Notes under the pieces: generated by a model
Told to the model about the DNA's origin: nothing
Database searches by the model: none
Seen by the model: the letters and a program-made list of their open reading frames with translations, nothing else
Translations under genes and position numbers: made by a program
Part shown: positions 53,292 through 64,000 of the stretch, in pieces
Layout: each line of letters begins with the position of its first letter
Position numbering within the stretch: the stretch's first letter is position 1
Origin: an uncultured virus (IMG/VR IMGVR_UViG_3300034095_001075)
Taxonomy: Duplodnaviria; Heunggongvirae; Uroviricota; Caudoviricetes
Direction: 5' to 3' (one strand)
Length of the DNA: 64,000 bases
IMG/VR virus record: IMGVR_UViG_3300034095_001075

Positions 53292-55265
53292 ATGACATTT
53301 AAGAATCCAGAATTTAGTAGTAGCTCACCTTACTTTGACGACTTTGATGATGCAAAGAATTTTCTAAAAATTCTTTTCAAGCCAGGATATGCCGTTCAAG
53401 CTAGAGAATTGACACAACTACAAACAATTCTACAATCACAGCTTGCTAAATTTGCTGATAGTATTTTTCAAGACGGTAGTCAAGTTTTTGGGGGAAAGAT
53501 ACAGATTGTAAGTAATCCGTATGCTCGTGTAGAGAAATATACACATAGCGCATCTGGAGTTAGCACAAACTCTGCTGACACTTATCTGAATACATTACCT
53601 TCTAATCTTCTTAAAGTATTCAGCAAATCTGGTTCTATATTTACAGAATTGGCTACTATCAAGATATCGTATTTTGAACCATCTAATTATTCAGTAAACG
53701 ATGATTATCCTGTTGCCTTTTATAATACAGTTTCGGTTGCACCAGAACAAGCAGGAACTTTTGATATACAACGATCTCACTATATTGGATTGAGTTCGTC
53801 TGGTCCGTTTCTGAAAGTTATAAATCCAGCAGAACAAGCTGGCACACCAACCCAGTATACAATAGCTCCATATGGAGAGGGATATCTGGTAACAGTTGAT
53901 GATGGTATCTTCTATATTGATGGCTATTTTGTAAAATCTACAAAACAAACAGTTGCTCTGTTCAAGAAATCTGCAGAAGATGAATCAGAAATAACAGTTG
54001 ATACTGGATTAGATTATAATTTTGCCAATAAAGGTGTTCGATTGTTTGCAAAACCATCACATAGAATTGGTTATACTGTAAACAGAGAAACTATAACAGC
54101 TACTCAAGATTCTACTCTGAAAGATCCCGCAAGAGGATTCTATAACTACAATGCTCCCGGTGGAGATCGTTATAGTATCAATTTTACATTAAAAGCAATT
54201 GAATATGACAATTCTTCTGTTGATATTGAGAATTATGTAAATACAGATTTCATACAACTTCTGAGAACAACACGCGGAGTTGTGGATTATATTAAAGATA
54301 AATCCTCATATTCACAAATTTTAGATTTGTTTGCACGAAGAACACAAGACGAGTCTGGTTCTTATACCGTGGTTCCCTTTATTGCAGATGTAAAAAATCA
54401 TTTAAGAAACGATAAATATGTTTTAACCATAGCTGATGCATCTGTTCCTGAAGTTTTTGCTAGTAATGTAGGACAGGCAGCAAATGTATTAGTAAGTGTT
54501 GGTGGATATATATGGCCAGCAACTCAATCAAATTTTAATCCATTCTCTGCAACTAATTTAAATGATTCTGCTTTTGCTGTTGCAAAAGTTGTTGATATTG
54601 TTGTAGATCATAATGAAGAAACTGGACAAAATACAGCAAAGCTGGTAGTAGAATTACAAAATAATAAAAAATTATCATCTATCGGTACTTCGTATTATTT
54701 TAAACAATCAGCAGGTTCTACAAATAAATTATTATTAGTTTCTTCTGTGGAAGTTTTAATTGATCCAAAGGGAGCATATTCAAGACTGGATGTTCCTGTA
54801 GGAAGTTCTGATAAATTAGCAATCACATTGCAATCAGGAAAAGCATATGTGTTTGGTTATGAATACGAAACATTTGCACCAAGAGTAGTTGAATATGTAA
54901 ATAGTGGTAATCAAACAAGTATAAAACCTCTGAGTGGATTGAATGTTGACTTTGAATTGGGTAATTATGTCTATGGTTCTTTTGCACAAAGAAATGCAAA
55001 TCAATCAATTGATGTGGATTTTGAGAAATTGCCATTATTAGATTTAATCGATGTCAACACAAATACTATTTTATTATACCCCACGACTGGCGGTCAGCAA
55101 AAATCAAAAATATTGGCATGGGCTCCGTTTAAAAATAATGAAGAATTTAAATTAGTAAATGAAGCAAACATAATTGATATTAACAAACTTACTGAAGCGG
55201 ATGTGGATGCACTCTTTCCCCATGAGAGTGTTTTATTTGTAGAAGAAATTAGTTCTCCTGCTTAA
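53292..55265 (+). CDS. DUF4815/VrlC-like virion structural protein, N-terminal part
   Basis: PYFDDFD..KNF.KILFKPG.AVQARELTQLQ.ILQ.Q, APG.DR, ARRT.DESGSY.V.PF, GKAYV.GYE. Confidence 0.85.
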   Translation: MTFKNPEFSSSSPYFDDFDDAKNFLKILFKPGYAVQARELTQLQTILQSQLAKFADSIFQDGSQVFGGKIQIVSNPYARVEKYTHSASGVSTNSADTYLNTLPSNLLKVFSKSGSIFTELATIKISYFEPSNYSVNDDYPVAFYNTVSVAPEQAGTFDIQRSHYIGLSSSGPFLKVINPAEQAGTPTQYTIAPYGEGYLVTVDDGIFYIDGYFVKSTKQTVALFKKSAEDESEITVDTGLDYNFANKGVRLFAKPSHRIGYTVNRETITATQDSTLKDPARGFYNYNAPGGDRYSINFTLKAIEYDNSSVDIENYVNTDFIQLLRTTRGVVDYIKDKSSYSQILDLFARRTQDESGSYTVVPFIADVKNHLRNDKYVLTIADASVPEVFASNVGQAANVLVSVGGYIWPATQSNFNPFSATNLNDSAFAVAKVVDIVVDHNEETGQNTAKLVVELQNNKKLSSIGTSYYFKQSAGSTNKLLLVSSVEVLIDPKGAYSRLDVPVGSSDKLAITLQSGKAYVFGYEYETFAPRVVEYVNSGNQTSIKPLSGLNVDFELGNYVYGSFAQRNANQSIDVDFEKLPLLDLIDVNTNTILLYPTTGGQQKSKILAWAPFKNNEEFKLVNEANIIDINKLTEADVDALFPHESVLFVEEISSPA

Positions 55266-55298
55266 TGAGAGATATATAAAATAAAGGCAAAGCTATAA

Positions 55299-58200
55299 AT
55301 GACCACTTCCAATACGAACAACCAATTTAAAAACGATTTAGCATCAAATTTGATGGTAGTATCTGGTGAGACAACATCTACCACATATACTGCTAGTAAT
55401 TTTTCAGACAAAATAGTCGATGTTATTAAAATAGTATTCAATGATAATTGGCGTGGAAATTTCAGAACTGGATATGATCCGATAAATCGTACTGATGGAC
55501 ATTTAGGATTTCGCGAAGATATATTCAGTGCTAATTATGAAATCTCTAAGAATTTTAGAGTCAAACAAATAGATGGAGCAACTGGAAATGTTATTGCAGA
55601 AGGCACTGCACTGCGTTGGGTTCCCGGATCTAAAGAAACTGGTGGAGGAACTCTATTCATTAAAGAACTGTTTCATGAGAGCGGTGCTCCATCAAACTTT
55701 AATGTAAATAATGGTGTTATATTTTGTAACGAAATCAGTCCGTTTACTTCAGGTAAAACATATCCAGCAAACCCAATGTGGGCAGGATCTGCAGTTAGTA
55801 GTATTCAAACTGCGTCAAATGTATATAAACTAACAACAGACCAAGCATATAATGTAGTTTCTAAACTTGTTTGTACAAATACTTCTGGTACAGAAGGAAC
55901 TGCAATAGGTTCTGGTGAATTTGAATATGGACAAAGAGTCGTATTAAAGTCCTCAGAAGATAATATATGCAACAGCAATATTATTAATAAAGGAACTGTG
56001 TTGGCGAGTACAATCGATACTGTATCTCAAAGACTTTCCATATTCGTTCAATTTGATGCTCCATTGAACGATGCTATAAATCAAAATGGCAATTGTACCA
56101 CATGTGATACATTTCTCTGTATTGGTGATTCTAATAATTCTTGCAAAAGTTCTTGCTGCTTATATGGAATAATTAATACTAAAAAAATAAGTACACCAGA
56201 ATGTGGCACTGTACAGAAGATTGTATTTGCCGATGAGGGTGGATCTAATTTTATTGCCGGACAAGAAGTATATCAGTGGAAATGGGAAGCAGCTGGAAAA
56301 CATGAAGGAAATGGAACCACGGGTAGGGGTTCTGACACAGAATATAAAATAACTGGTACATATTTAAATTGGGACAGTCAAACTAAAGTATTAATTGTTC
56401 TTGCTCCTAGTAAATTATTTGAAATAAAATATGGAAATATATATCAAAAAGATCAAAATAATGCTTTAATTTCTAGAGGATCTGCTATTTCTATTGATAA
56501 AAGTAATTTTATTCGTAAGAATGGTTCTTTCATTAATATAAAAAACACAGCATCCGCATCAACATATAAAACTAGTTCAGAATTCTATCAAGGTTGGCCA
56601 ACTACAGAAACAGGAACTTCTAATGGGGAGTATCTTGTACAAACAACAGAAACCAACGAAACTTCGTATAATCCGGATTATGAATACACAGTCGGAGAAA
56701 CTGTAATACAAGCACTAACGGAAGATGCAAATAGTACTGTTATAAATCAATATGCTGCGGGTAAGGTTGTTTCTTGGGAACCAAATCTTACGGCGCTGTC
56801 TACAATACCGTCTAGATTGGTAATCAAACGATACGAATTTGGCACAGATGATCCTAAATTGTTTGACACTAATAATACATTAGTACCAAAAACAAAAAGA
56901 CTTGCCAGATTCCGTATTGGTACCATTGCAACTGAAGGTGGAGATGGTAGTACTACTCTTTCTATTCTGAACAGAAGTCAAAGAAATATTCTACCAATCA
57001 GACAATTTAACAATATTATTCCTGATACGGAAGTGTTTGATTGGTATAATTTTTCATCAGATGCTGTAATACAAGAAAGCACAGCAGCTGATCAGACAGA
57101 TCCAGAGCTCGACGGCGTTGGAACGATAGTAAAAGGATCATCTATTGGAAATACACGCATCAAGGCAATACAAGAAGATTCTGCAAATTATAAAATACAT
57201 TTAATGGATTCTGATATGAAATATGATGCTATTTCATTCAGTAATGTTTCTCAGATTGGTATAGCAGGTACAGAAGCAGTAGGTAGTATAAACTATACAA
57301 AGATATTCCCTGTATTAAATGTCGCGCAAACTATTGTTGATGGTATGTCTATAACCACCTTATATGAACCATTTACGGATAAAATGATATTACCTTTACC
57401 GGGTGGTCTTGTTATGGAAAATGTTACGGGTGGTGTTTCTAATTTTGGTGGAACTGAATTAACTATTCAGAAAATTTATAATATAGATTTCAGTGTTGGA
57501 GGAACTTCAATAGACACACTTGAAGTTCCGATTGGAGATAATATCTCATCTGCAGAATTTGCTAGCAGCTTCTCTTCTTCATACTCATTTGGTGCAGATT
57601 CTGGTGGCCACCCTATAAAATTAATAAAATACACCGGATTACAGGGAGATGGAGATGCAAAACCAGCAGATCACCGTTCTGTATATTACGATCTTTTGCA
57701 AGATTCCGCAACCTCTCCTAGAAATAGAATAATAGTTCGTAGAAAAACTCCGGATGGGGAGGGGGGAATTACGAAAATGATATTGGGCGCAGAGGTAAAA
57801 TGCGTTGCATCTAGTGTCACAAAAACAAAAACAAAAGAACAATTCACCGAAACTATTCTTTTGAAGTATCAGACTTCTGGAGAGTTTAAAGGTAAATGGG
57901 TAGCAGAAACTTCAAAGTATGATATTGATTCTTTGATATCTGTATTCTTCCTTGGTGTTGGTGGAGTCTTACCGTTAAGTGCCAATCATAAAAGCGTATT
58001 CGGTATCTCCAATCAAACTGACGATTATTCTTATAACAAATCACTGCTCGTATTGGGTGCTGATGGATTGCAAGAAAATAAAAATACAGATCCATTACAA
58101 GGACCAATTGTTCCTTTTGTTCCTATCTCAGCAGTTTATACACAGACTGGCTTGAACGCAACAGATTTTTCTGTATATATTTCGGTTACTGGTATTGCAA

Positions 58201-61142
58201 ACTCTATCAATACCGGCACTGCAGGTATAATAGTAAGAGAATCATATAGAGACATCACAGGCGCACAGTCGTCTGTAAAGGACATGCCATTCTATTCTTC
58301 TAAAGTAGATGGTAGTAACTATCACTCTTCTGCAATAATAGACACAAGACCATTAATGACAGACAATAATGATGCTGGTAATACTAAATTTGTAATATTA
58401 CCACAATCGTCTACTATCAATACAACTCTTGGTGTTTATTTACCAAGAAAAGATGTATTGTACATCAATAAAGATGGTGCATTTAAGATTGTATATGGCG
58501 AATCTAGCATTAGTCCAACATATCCAACACTACCAGAAGGTGGATTAGTGTTGTACAAAATAGATAAAGCATCATATATCTTCACTAATAAAGATTTGGC
58601 ACTGAACTACACGGACAATAAGCGATATACCATGAGAGATATCGGTAGAATTGAAAAACGAGTTCAACAATTAGAAGTATATTCTGCTCTGTCTCTATTG
58701 GAAAAAAATGCAGATTCTCTTTTAGTAGAAGATGCAGAGGGCAATAATAGATTCAAGAATGGAATAATAGTTGATTCGTTTGAAAGTCATAAAATAGGCG
58801 ATGTTTCTCAACCAGATTATTATATTTCCATTGATAATCAAGAAAATTGTGCAAGACCTAAATTTGATAATGTGCCAATTCCTTTGATACCAATATCAGC
58901 TGAAACTACATTTATAGAGTTATTTAATGATAAAACTGGAGTAACAGGAACAACCAAAAATGGTGATGTTTCTACTGGTTTGTATATGATGCCATTCACA
59001 TCAATACCATTTGTTGTTCAACCACAAGCAACTCGATCAATAACAGTAACTCCATTCGAAGTAGTTCAAAGCGAAGGTGTTATCAGATTGTCTCCACGAG
59101 AAGATGATTGGGTAGATACAAACACGATACCGGAGTTGAATGTAAACTTGGCTGGAAGTAATGATGCTTGGCAAGGAATAGTAGAGCAATTAAACTCCTC
59201 AACTGAAGGACCATTTGCACTCGATTATGGTAACTGGAGTACCTTCAGCAGACAAACTTCAAGAACGCGCCAAAGAGGTAGAAAAAATAATGGAGTATTT
59301 AATCCGAGTAACAACAACAGAGGAAGATTTATAAGAACGACCACTGTTTCAACAACACAACAAAGCAGAGAAATTGTTGGAGAACAAGTCTCTACATCAA
59401 CAGATAGAGTATCTCTTGGAGATAGAATTGTAGATGTTTCTATAATTCCATATATGAGAGCCAAGAGAATCAAGGTGTTTGTTACTGGAATGAAATCGAA
59501 TTCAAGATTATATCCATTCTTCGATGGAATTGATGTATCTGGGCAGTGCTATTCTTATGATAGTATTGCAGAAGTTGATGCTGCAATTACTTCTGCTACT
59601 TTGGATTCCGGTAAGAAATTTAGTGCTGCTACGATAAGAAAAACAAATGCTCAAGGAAGTGCATTTATAATTTTTGATATGCCTGCAGCAACTTTCAGAA
59701 CTGGCGATAGAAAGTTTACTGTATCTGATAGTTCTAGTAATGATTTCACCCGTGCATCTACTATTGCAGGAGCAACATTCAGTGCATATGGTGTGTCACA
59801 AGTTCGACAAGGAACTAGCGCAACGGTAAGAACATTTGATGTTGAGAGTGTTAACAGAACTGAAGAACGAGTACAAACACAGACAACTGTTACTACCAAA
59901 AAGAGAGATCCTCTTGCACAAACATTCGAAATAAATAGAGAGTTGTATCCGGATGGTATCTTCTTAAGTAGCATAGATATATTCTTTGCTAGAAAACCAG
60001 CAAACGATACAAACATTCCAGTAACAGTGGAAGTAAGACCAACTGTAAACGGATTCCCAGATATCAATAAGATTTATTCTGGTGGTATTTGTATTTTACA
60101 TCCATCTCAAGTAAATACTTCAGATTTTCCTGCTTCTAACAATGTTGCAAGTATAACTAAATTTACATTTGAACATCCTGTTTATCTCGAACCGGGAGAA
60201 CATTCCTTTGTTGTTAAATCAACTTCAGATGAATATGAAATTTACATAGCTGAAATAGGACAAACTCTTTTAAATAGCACACAAAGAGTAACAGAACAGC
60301 CATATGTTGGTGTGTTCTTCACATCATCTAATGCAAGTACATGGTTACCACAACCAGCAATGGATATGATGATGACTATGAATAAGTGCGAGTTCACTAC
60401 AAACACTCCATATACATTCACAGTAGAAACTGCTTCTCTTGGTAAAACCGTTCAATACGAATTGTTGAATCTAAACAACACATATCAAGAATTCGAAAAT
60501 GCAAAGATTTCTTGGACAACAGGAACTTCTATTAATTTTATAGATGATACTATCAATGCAAATGATGATATCAAATATACATCAACACAAACGCTTCTTG
60601 ATAGTGGTAAATTGTATTTTACTGCTACTGGTATTACAACAAATAAAGATATTTCTCCTGTAATTAATACAGAAAGATTGACATTATTTGCAGTAAAGAA
60701 TCTAATAGAGAATAGTAACAACATAGAACTCAATGGTGAATTGAATCCCTATGCATCTGAAACTACTAATATTAGAAGAGCTAGATATATTACAAAAATA
60801 GTAACACTAGAGGATGGATTTGAGTCTAATGGATTCAAATTGATACTGTCTGTAAATAAACCAACTGGTAGCAAAATTCAAGCTTTCTTGAAAACTCAAA
60901 CAGTAGAACAGACTAGGAATTTCCATGAAAATCCATATGTTCAAATGGTTCCAAAAATGGGAGCAACTGCATTCGATGCATATTCTACTCAATATGAAGA
61001 CGAATTTGTCGATGTAGAATTTGATTTACCACCAACATCTTCAGCTGAATTTATAAGATTTGCTATAAAAATCTGCTTGTATAGTGAAAACGCCGCATAT
61101 GTTCCTCGTGTTAAAGATATGAGAGGAATTGCAGTTCTATGA
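55299..61142 (+). CDS. DUF4815/VrlC-like virion structural protein, C-terminal part
   Basis: YLPR.D, NKRYTMRDIG.IE.RV..LE.Y..LSLLE, RFKNG.IVD.F, D.W.DT, PYMR, DPLAQTF, FAIKI...PRVKD.R.IA. Confidence 0.85.
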   Translation: MTTSNTNNQFKNDLASNLMVVSGETTSTTYTASNFSDKIVDVIKIVFNDNWRGNFRTGYDPINRTDGHLGFREDIFSANYEISKNFRVKQIDGATGNVIAEGTALRWVPGSKETGGGTLFIKELFHESGAPSNFNVNNGVIFCNEISPFTSGKTYPANPMWAGSAVSSIQTASNVYKLTTDQAYNVVSKLVCTNTSGTEGTAIGSGEFEYGQRVVLKSSEDNICNSNIINKGTVLASTIDTVSQRLSIFVQFDAPLNDAINQNGNCTTCDTFLCIGDSNNSCKSSCCLYGIINTKKISTPECGTVQKIVFADEGGSNFIAGQEVYQWKWEAAGKHEGNGTTGRGSDTEYKITGTYLNWDSQTKVLIVLAPSKLFEIKYGNIYQKDQNNALISRGSAISIDKSNFIRKNGSFINIKNTASASTYKTSSEFYQGWPTTETGTSNGEYLVQTTETNETSYNPDYEYTVGETVIQALTEDANSTVINQYAAGKVVSWEPNLTALSTIPSRLVIKRYEFGTDDPKLFDTNNTLVPKTKRLARFRIGTIATEGGDGSTTLSILNRSQRNILPIRQFNNIIPDTEVFDWYNFSSDAVIQESTAADQTDPELDGVGTIVKGSSIGNTRIKAIQEDSANYKIHLMDSDMKYDAISFSNVSQIGIAGTEAVGSINYTKIFPVLNVAQTIVDGMSITTLYEPFTDKMILPLPGGLVMENVTGGVSNFGGTELTIQKIYNIDFSVGGTSIDTLEVPIGDNISSAEFASSFSSSYSFGADSGGHPIKLIKYTGLQGDGDAKPADHRSVYYDLLQDSATSPRNRIIVRRKTPDGEGGITKMILGAEVKCVASSVTKTKTKEQFTETILLKYQTSGEFKGKWVAETSKYDIDSLISVFFLGVGGVLPLSANHKSVFGISNQTDDYSYNKSLLVLGADGLQENKNTDPLQGPIVPFVPISAVYTQTGLNATDFSVYISVTGIANSINTGTAGIIVRESYRDITGAQSSVKDMPFYSSKVDGSNYHSSAIIDTRPLMTDNNDAGNTKFVILPQSSTINTTLGVYLPRKDVLYINKDGAFKIVYGESSISPTYPTLPEGGLVLYKIDKASYIFTNKDLALNYTDNKRYTMRDIGRIEKRVQQLEVYSALSLLEKNADSLLVEDAEGNNRFKNGIIVDSFESHKIGDVSQPDYYISIDNQENCARPKFDNVPIPLIPISAETTFIELFNDKTGVTGTTKNGDVSTGLYMMPFTSIPFVVQPQATRSITVTPFEVVQSEGVIRLSPREDDWVDTNTIPELNVNLAGSNDAWQGIVEQLNSSTEGPFALDYGNWSTFSRQTSRTRQRGRKNNGVFNPSNNNRGRFIRTTTVSTTQQSREIVGEQVSTSTDRVSLGDRIVDVSIIPYMRAKRIKVFVTGMKSNSRLYPFFDGIDVSGQCYSYDSIAEVDAAITSATLDSGKKFSAATIRKTNAQGSAFIIFDMPAATFRTGDRKFTVSDSSSNDFTRASTIAGATFSAYGVSQVRQGTSATVRTFDVESVNRTEERVQTQTTVTTKKRDPLAQTFEINRELYPDGIFLSSIDIFFARKPANDTNIPVTVEVRPTVNGFPDINKIYSGGICILHPSQVNTSDFPASNNVASITKFTFEHPVYLEPGEHSFVVKSTSDEYEIYIAEIGQTLLNSTQRVTEQPYVGVFFTSSNASTWLPQPAMDMMMTMNKCEFTTNTPYTFTVETASLGKTVQYELLNLNNTYQEFENAKISWTTGTSINFIDDTINANDDIKYTSTQTLLDSGKLYFTATGITTNKDISPVINTERLTLFAVKNLIENSNNIELNGELNPYASETTNIRRARYITKIVTLEDGFESNGFKLILSVNKPTGSKIQAFLKTQTVEQTRNFHENPYVQMVPKMGATAFDAYSTQYEDEFVDVEFDLPPTSSAEFIRFAIKICLYSENAAYVPRVKDMRGIAVL

Positions 61143-61339
61143 ACAACAGAATCTCCATTAATGGTAGAGATGATGTTCGTCGAGATGCAAAAACTGGTGC
61201 ATTATTGGCATGCGATAGGTCCAAATTGATTGAAGCTAAGCGGATGAAAAAAGAAAATGATAGATATATAATTTTAGAAAAACGAGTACAAGAATTAGAG
61301 CAAATTATACAAATGCTTTTAAAAGGTAACAATCAATGA
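61139..61339 (+). CDS. small conserved structural-region protein
   Basis: RD.KTGALL.....; coiled-coil end; typical position after DUF4815 gene. Confidence 0.7.
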   Translation: MNNRISINGRDDVRRDAKTGALLACDRSKLIEAKRMKKENDRYIILEKRVQELEQIIQMLLKGNNQ

Positions 61340-64000
61340 GCACATTCCGAGAGCCATTATTTAATTTCGATACATTAACAAATGCAGATACCGTGGTTAC
61401 TTGGTTGTCAAGAACCAACGATATTATCAATGGAATGAACTCGTTATATGTTTCTGATGTGTTTCAGGGAGATGGCATCTGCACAACTACAGTTGATGGT
61501 GTTATAACTGTTAATGTAGATCCCGGTCCTGCAATTGCATTCACTGCTGCTAATAAATTGACATTGAGTTTTATTGGAGTTTCTCAATTATCTTCTATAA
61601 CAACTTTGTCTCCGGTACTTGCTACTGATCGTCTTTTGCTGGATAGATCTGGAACTTTAAGATCTGTAGCTGCAGATACAGTTTTACCACCAATAATAAA
61701 ACACGAACACACATTTAATGAAACAATCAACTTTGATAAAGATATTTGGTTCAATCCGACAAAACCAGAATATTCAGCAGGAGATCGATGGAATTCTGAG
61801 ATTAAAGCAGGCGGTATTGGTTCTTTGGAATATCAAGGATTCGATTCTATCTGGTATTTCAATAATAATATAGGATTAGGCACCTCTGAGTTTTATGGTA
61901 TTGTGTCTGATTCAATACTTAACAACACAGAATCTGTATTTAATTTCTGCACACATATAAATCCTGGAGCATTGACGAGTACTAATGCTGATAATATAAA
62001 ACCAACTGGCATTTCTTTCAACTTTAATGTTGGAATTGCTCCAGCAGCATGGAATGAAGCCAATGTAGGAACTACTACTGAATGGCCTGCAACATGGAAA
62101 TTGAAATTTTCAGAAAATACAGCAGGATTTTATAATTATACCCCCACATCTACAGACGGGGATGATGCTGTACTTACTATGCAGAAAATTGGATTGTTTG
62201 ATAATATAGTAAATATAAATGGAAAAATTTATATTTCAGATATTCAAAATTCTAGTCAATTCGTAAGTGGACCAAATGGAACTGCTAACAGAGTCCCATT
62301 AACAAATTCTTCTGGACTTCTTGACAAGAAATTTACAAATAGAATAAGGACTACAGATTTTGCAGTAACTCCGAGTGTTGGTGATCTTGTAGTAGTTTCT
62401 ACACTAACGGATGGTGATGCTCAGTATTCTCTTGGTATTGCAAATGGAATAGGAAGTTCCGATGTAATTGGAATAGTAGAATCTATTAGTGCAGCCGAAG
62501 TTACTTTAGTTCTTTCTGGTGAATTTGCATTTGTTGGTGAGGCTTCTCTGAATGCTGGTTCTAAGTATTATCTTTCGCAAACACTTCCTGGCAAATTTGT
62601 GGAGGAAGGAACTTACTCTAGCGGAATTATACGACCAGTATTTGTTGCTCTTACCTCAAGCACCGGAATTATTCTTGCATCGTCTTCTTCTGTTACTACT
62701 GGTATTGGCTCTGTTACTGTAAATTATGGAGAAGGATCAGAAGAGACAATAAACATAGATTCTATAAACTATCCTTTAAGATTTGTAGCTGGAACAAACA
62801 TAGGATTCAATGTAACCACTGATAATGAAATTGAAATTCGTACCACTGGTTTGGCTGGTACTCAAGATTTGTTCAAGACGATAAATGTTCCTTCTGGTGG
62901 TCCTGTTGTTGCAGACAGTCCAACAGATATTTTGAATCTGACAAGTTCCACATTAACGATAACGGGAAATGCCGGATCTGATACAATAAATTTCGAAATA
63001 CCAAACACATTCAAGACATTCAAATTTAGTAGACCTGGGGCTTCGGATCTTACATACAATCCAGAGTCCACTACAGATACTCTACAATTCATTGCTGGAA
63101 ATGGTATATCGTTTACACAAAATACAGACGATTCTGTAATCATAACTTCTTCTTTGACTGGTTCTGTTAATGTTGAGGATATAGTATTTCCATCTGGATC
63201 TGGTTATGATATATTTGTTTCTGATTCTATGGGTGTTGGCACGGCAGTCAGTCTGAAAGGTTCGGAGTATCCTGGAGGGTTTGATGCAAACTGGAGCACC
63301 GTTAGTAATATTCTTGTACCGGGAAGATTTCTTTCTATCGATACAATAACTTACAATGAAGGAAATTACACTTTTAGCGGTACTGGTGAAGAATATTCCC
63401 TCGATTCATCATATCATGATGCTTTGCTTACTGAATATTATTTGCCGGATGAATTGGCTGGATTTATGGTAGGAAGAATCACTCCTTCTGCACTGGGGAC
63501 TTCGACTAATCCAAGTAACAGTATAACAAGATTAACAAGAAGAGATGTTAGATTTTTCTTAGGAATGAATCCAGAAGGATATATTGATTCTGTTAATAAT
63601 GTATTCAAGTCTTTTAGTATTAATGGTGGGGGTACCGTAACAGCAGGATCTAAATCTGGTAATATAGCATTTCAAGCAGGAACTGGTATTGAATTATCAA
63701 ATCCAACTCCAGGTACCAGCGATAAACTACTCATAACAAACACAGGTGTTGCACAAAATGCATTTTCACATGTTGTATTAAAGAACAGCAGTGGAACTAC
63801 AATAGATTCATATGATGCAAACACATCTGCTGATACATTCACACTAAAAGCCGGTACATTTGTTAAACTAGACACAGACACGAATAACGACACAGTAACA
63901 TTCGATTTAGATGTACCATATGACTATGCGTTGCTCGGAAACTCAGGAACAACAGATGGTATGGGAATTATAGATCTTTCCGGATCTCCTTCTTGCCTTG
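61336..64000 (+). CDS. tail fibre / long structural protein (runs off window end)
   Basis: ATG 61336 overlaps upstream TGA; MSTFREPLFNFDTLTNADTVVTWLSRTNDII; later repeated F.AG.GI / DT.TL motifs; open frame to the end inferred from sampled translation. Confidence 0.75.
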   Translation, partial: MSTFREPLFNFDTLTNADTVVTWLSRTNDIINGMNSLYVSDVFQGDGICTTTVDGVITVNVDPGPAIAFTAANKLTLSFIGVSQLSSITTLSPVLATDRLLLDRSGTLRSVAADTVLPPIIKHEHTFNETINFDKDIWFNPTKPEYSAGDRWNSEIKAGGIGSLEYQGFDSIWYFNNNIGLGTSEFYGIVSDSILNNTESVFNFCTHINPGALTSTNADNIKPTGISFNFNVGIAPAAWNEANVGTTTEWPATWKLKFSENTAGFYNYTPTSTDGDDAVLTMQKIGLFDNIVNINGKIYISDIQNSSQFVSGPNGTANRVPLTNSSGLLDKKFTNRIRTTDFAVTPSVGDLVVVSTLTDGDAQYSLGIANGIGSSDVIGIVESISAAEVTLVLSGEFAFVGEASLNAGSKYYLSQTLPGKFVEEGTYSSGIIRPVFVALTSSTGIILASSSSVTTGIGSVTVNYGEGSEETINIDSINYPLRFVAGTNIGFNVTTDNEIEIRTTGLAGTQDLFKTINVPSGGPVVADSPTDILNLTSSTLTITGNAGSDTINFEIPNTFKTFKFSRPGASDLTYNPESTTDTLQFIAGNGISFTQNTDDSVIITSSLTGSVNVEDIVFPSGSGYDIFVSDSMGVGTAVSLKGSEYPGGFDANWSTVSNILVPGRFLSIDTITYNEGNYTFSGTGEEYSLDSSYHDALLTEYYLPDELAGFMVGRITPSALGTSTNPSNSITRLTRRDVRFFLGMNPEGYIDSVNNVFKSFSINGGGTVTAGSKSGNIAFQAGTGIELSNPTPGTSDKLLITNTGVAQNAFSHVVLKNSSGTTIDSYDANTSADTFTLKAGTFVKLDTDTNNDTVTFDLDVPYDYALLGNSGTTDGMGIIDLSGSPSCL

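Noticed and set aside
1..64000. Stop-codon reassignment
   Set aside because: Core genes are intact under code 11, all three stops are used as real ends (e.g. gp25 TAG, gp32 TGA), and no suppressor anticodon was found
38986..64000. Diversity-generating retroelement, inteins or homing endonucleases in the large tail genes
   Set aside because: No RT, LAGLIDADG/HNH/GIY-YIG or intein splice motifs noticed, and no TR/VR-like near-repeats seen by eye; a self-alignment would be needed to exclude them fully

Overview
64 kb from an AT-rich, T4-like (Tevenvirinae/cyanomyophage-like) myovirus genome, in four blocks. (1) 1-10.5 kb: small hypothetical ORFs interleaved with 11 tRNA genes (none encodes CCA; 9 have U34 anticodons), a circularly permuted two-piece tmRNA, two candidate unannotated structured RNAs, a TrmH/SpoU methyltransferase, a metallophosphoesterase, a TraR/DksA-type Zn finger and a PD-(D/E)XK exonuclease. 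(2) 10.5-23.1 kb: a 16-gene glycan-biosynthesis island (about 11 glycosyltransferase-like genes, 3 methyltransferases, UDP-galactopyranose mutase, NDP-sugar epimerase). (3) gp33, gp32, then a minus-strand block gp4-gp2-gp54-gp26-gp51-tape-measure-like, in which gp26 and gp51 appear to be joined by a programmed -1 frameshift. (4) A baseplate/tail operon: gp48, gp53, hub, split gp5, holin-like gene, gp25, gp6, gp7, a 2923-aa beta-helix/RCC1 protein, a trypsin-like protease, gp8, split DUF4815 and the start of a tail fibre. All calls come from motif recognition and manual base-pairing; no database searches were run.
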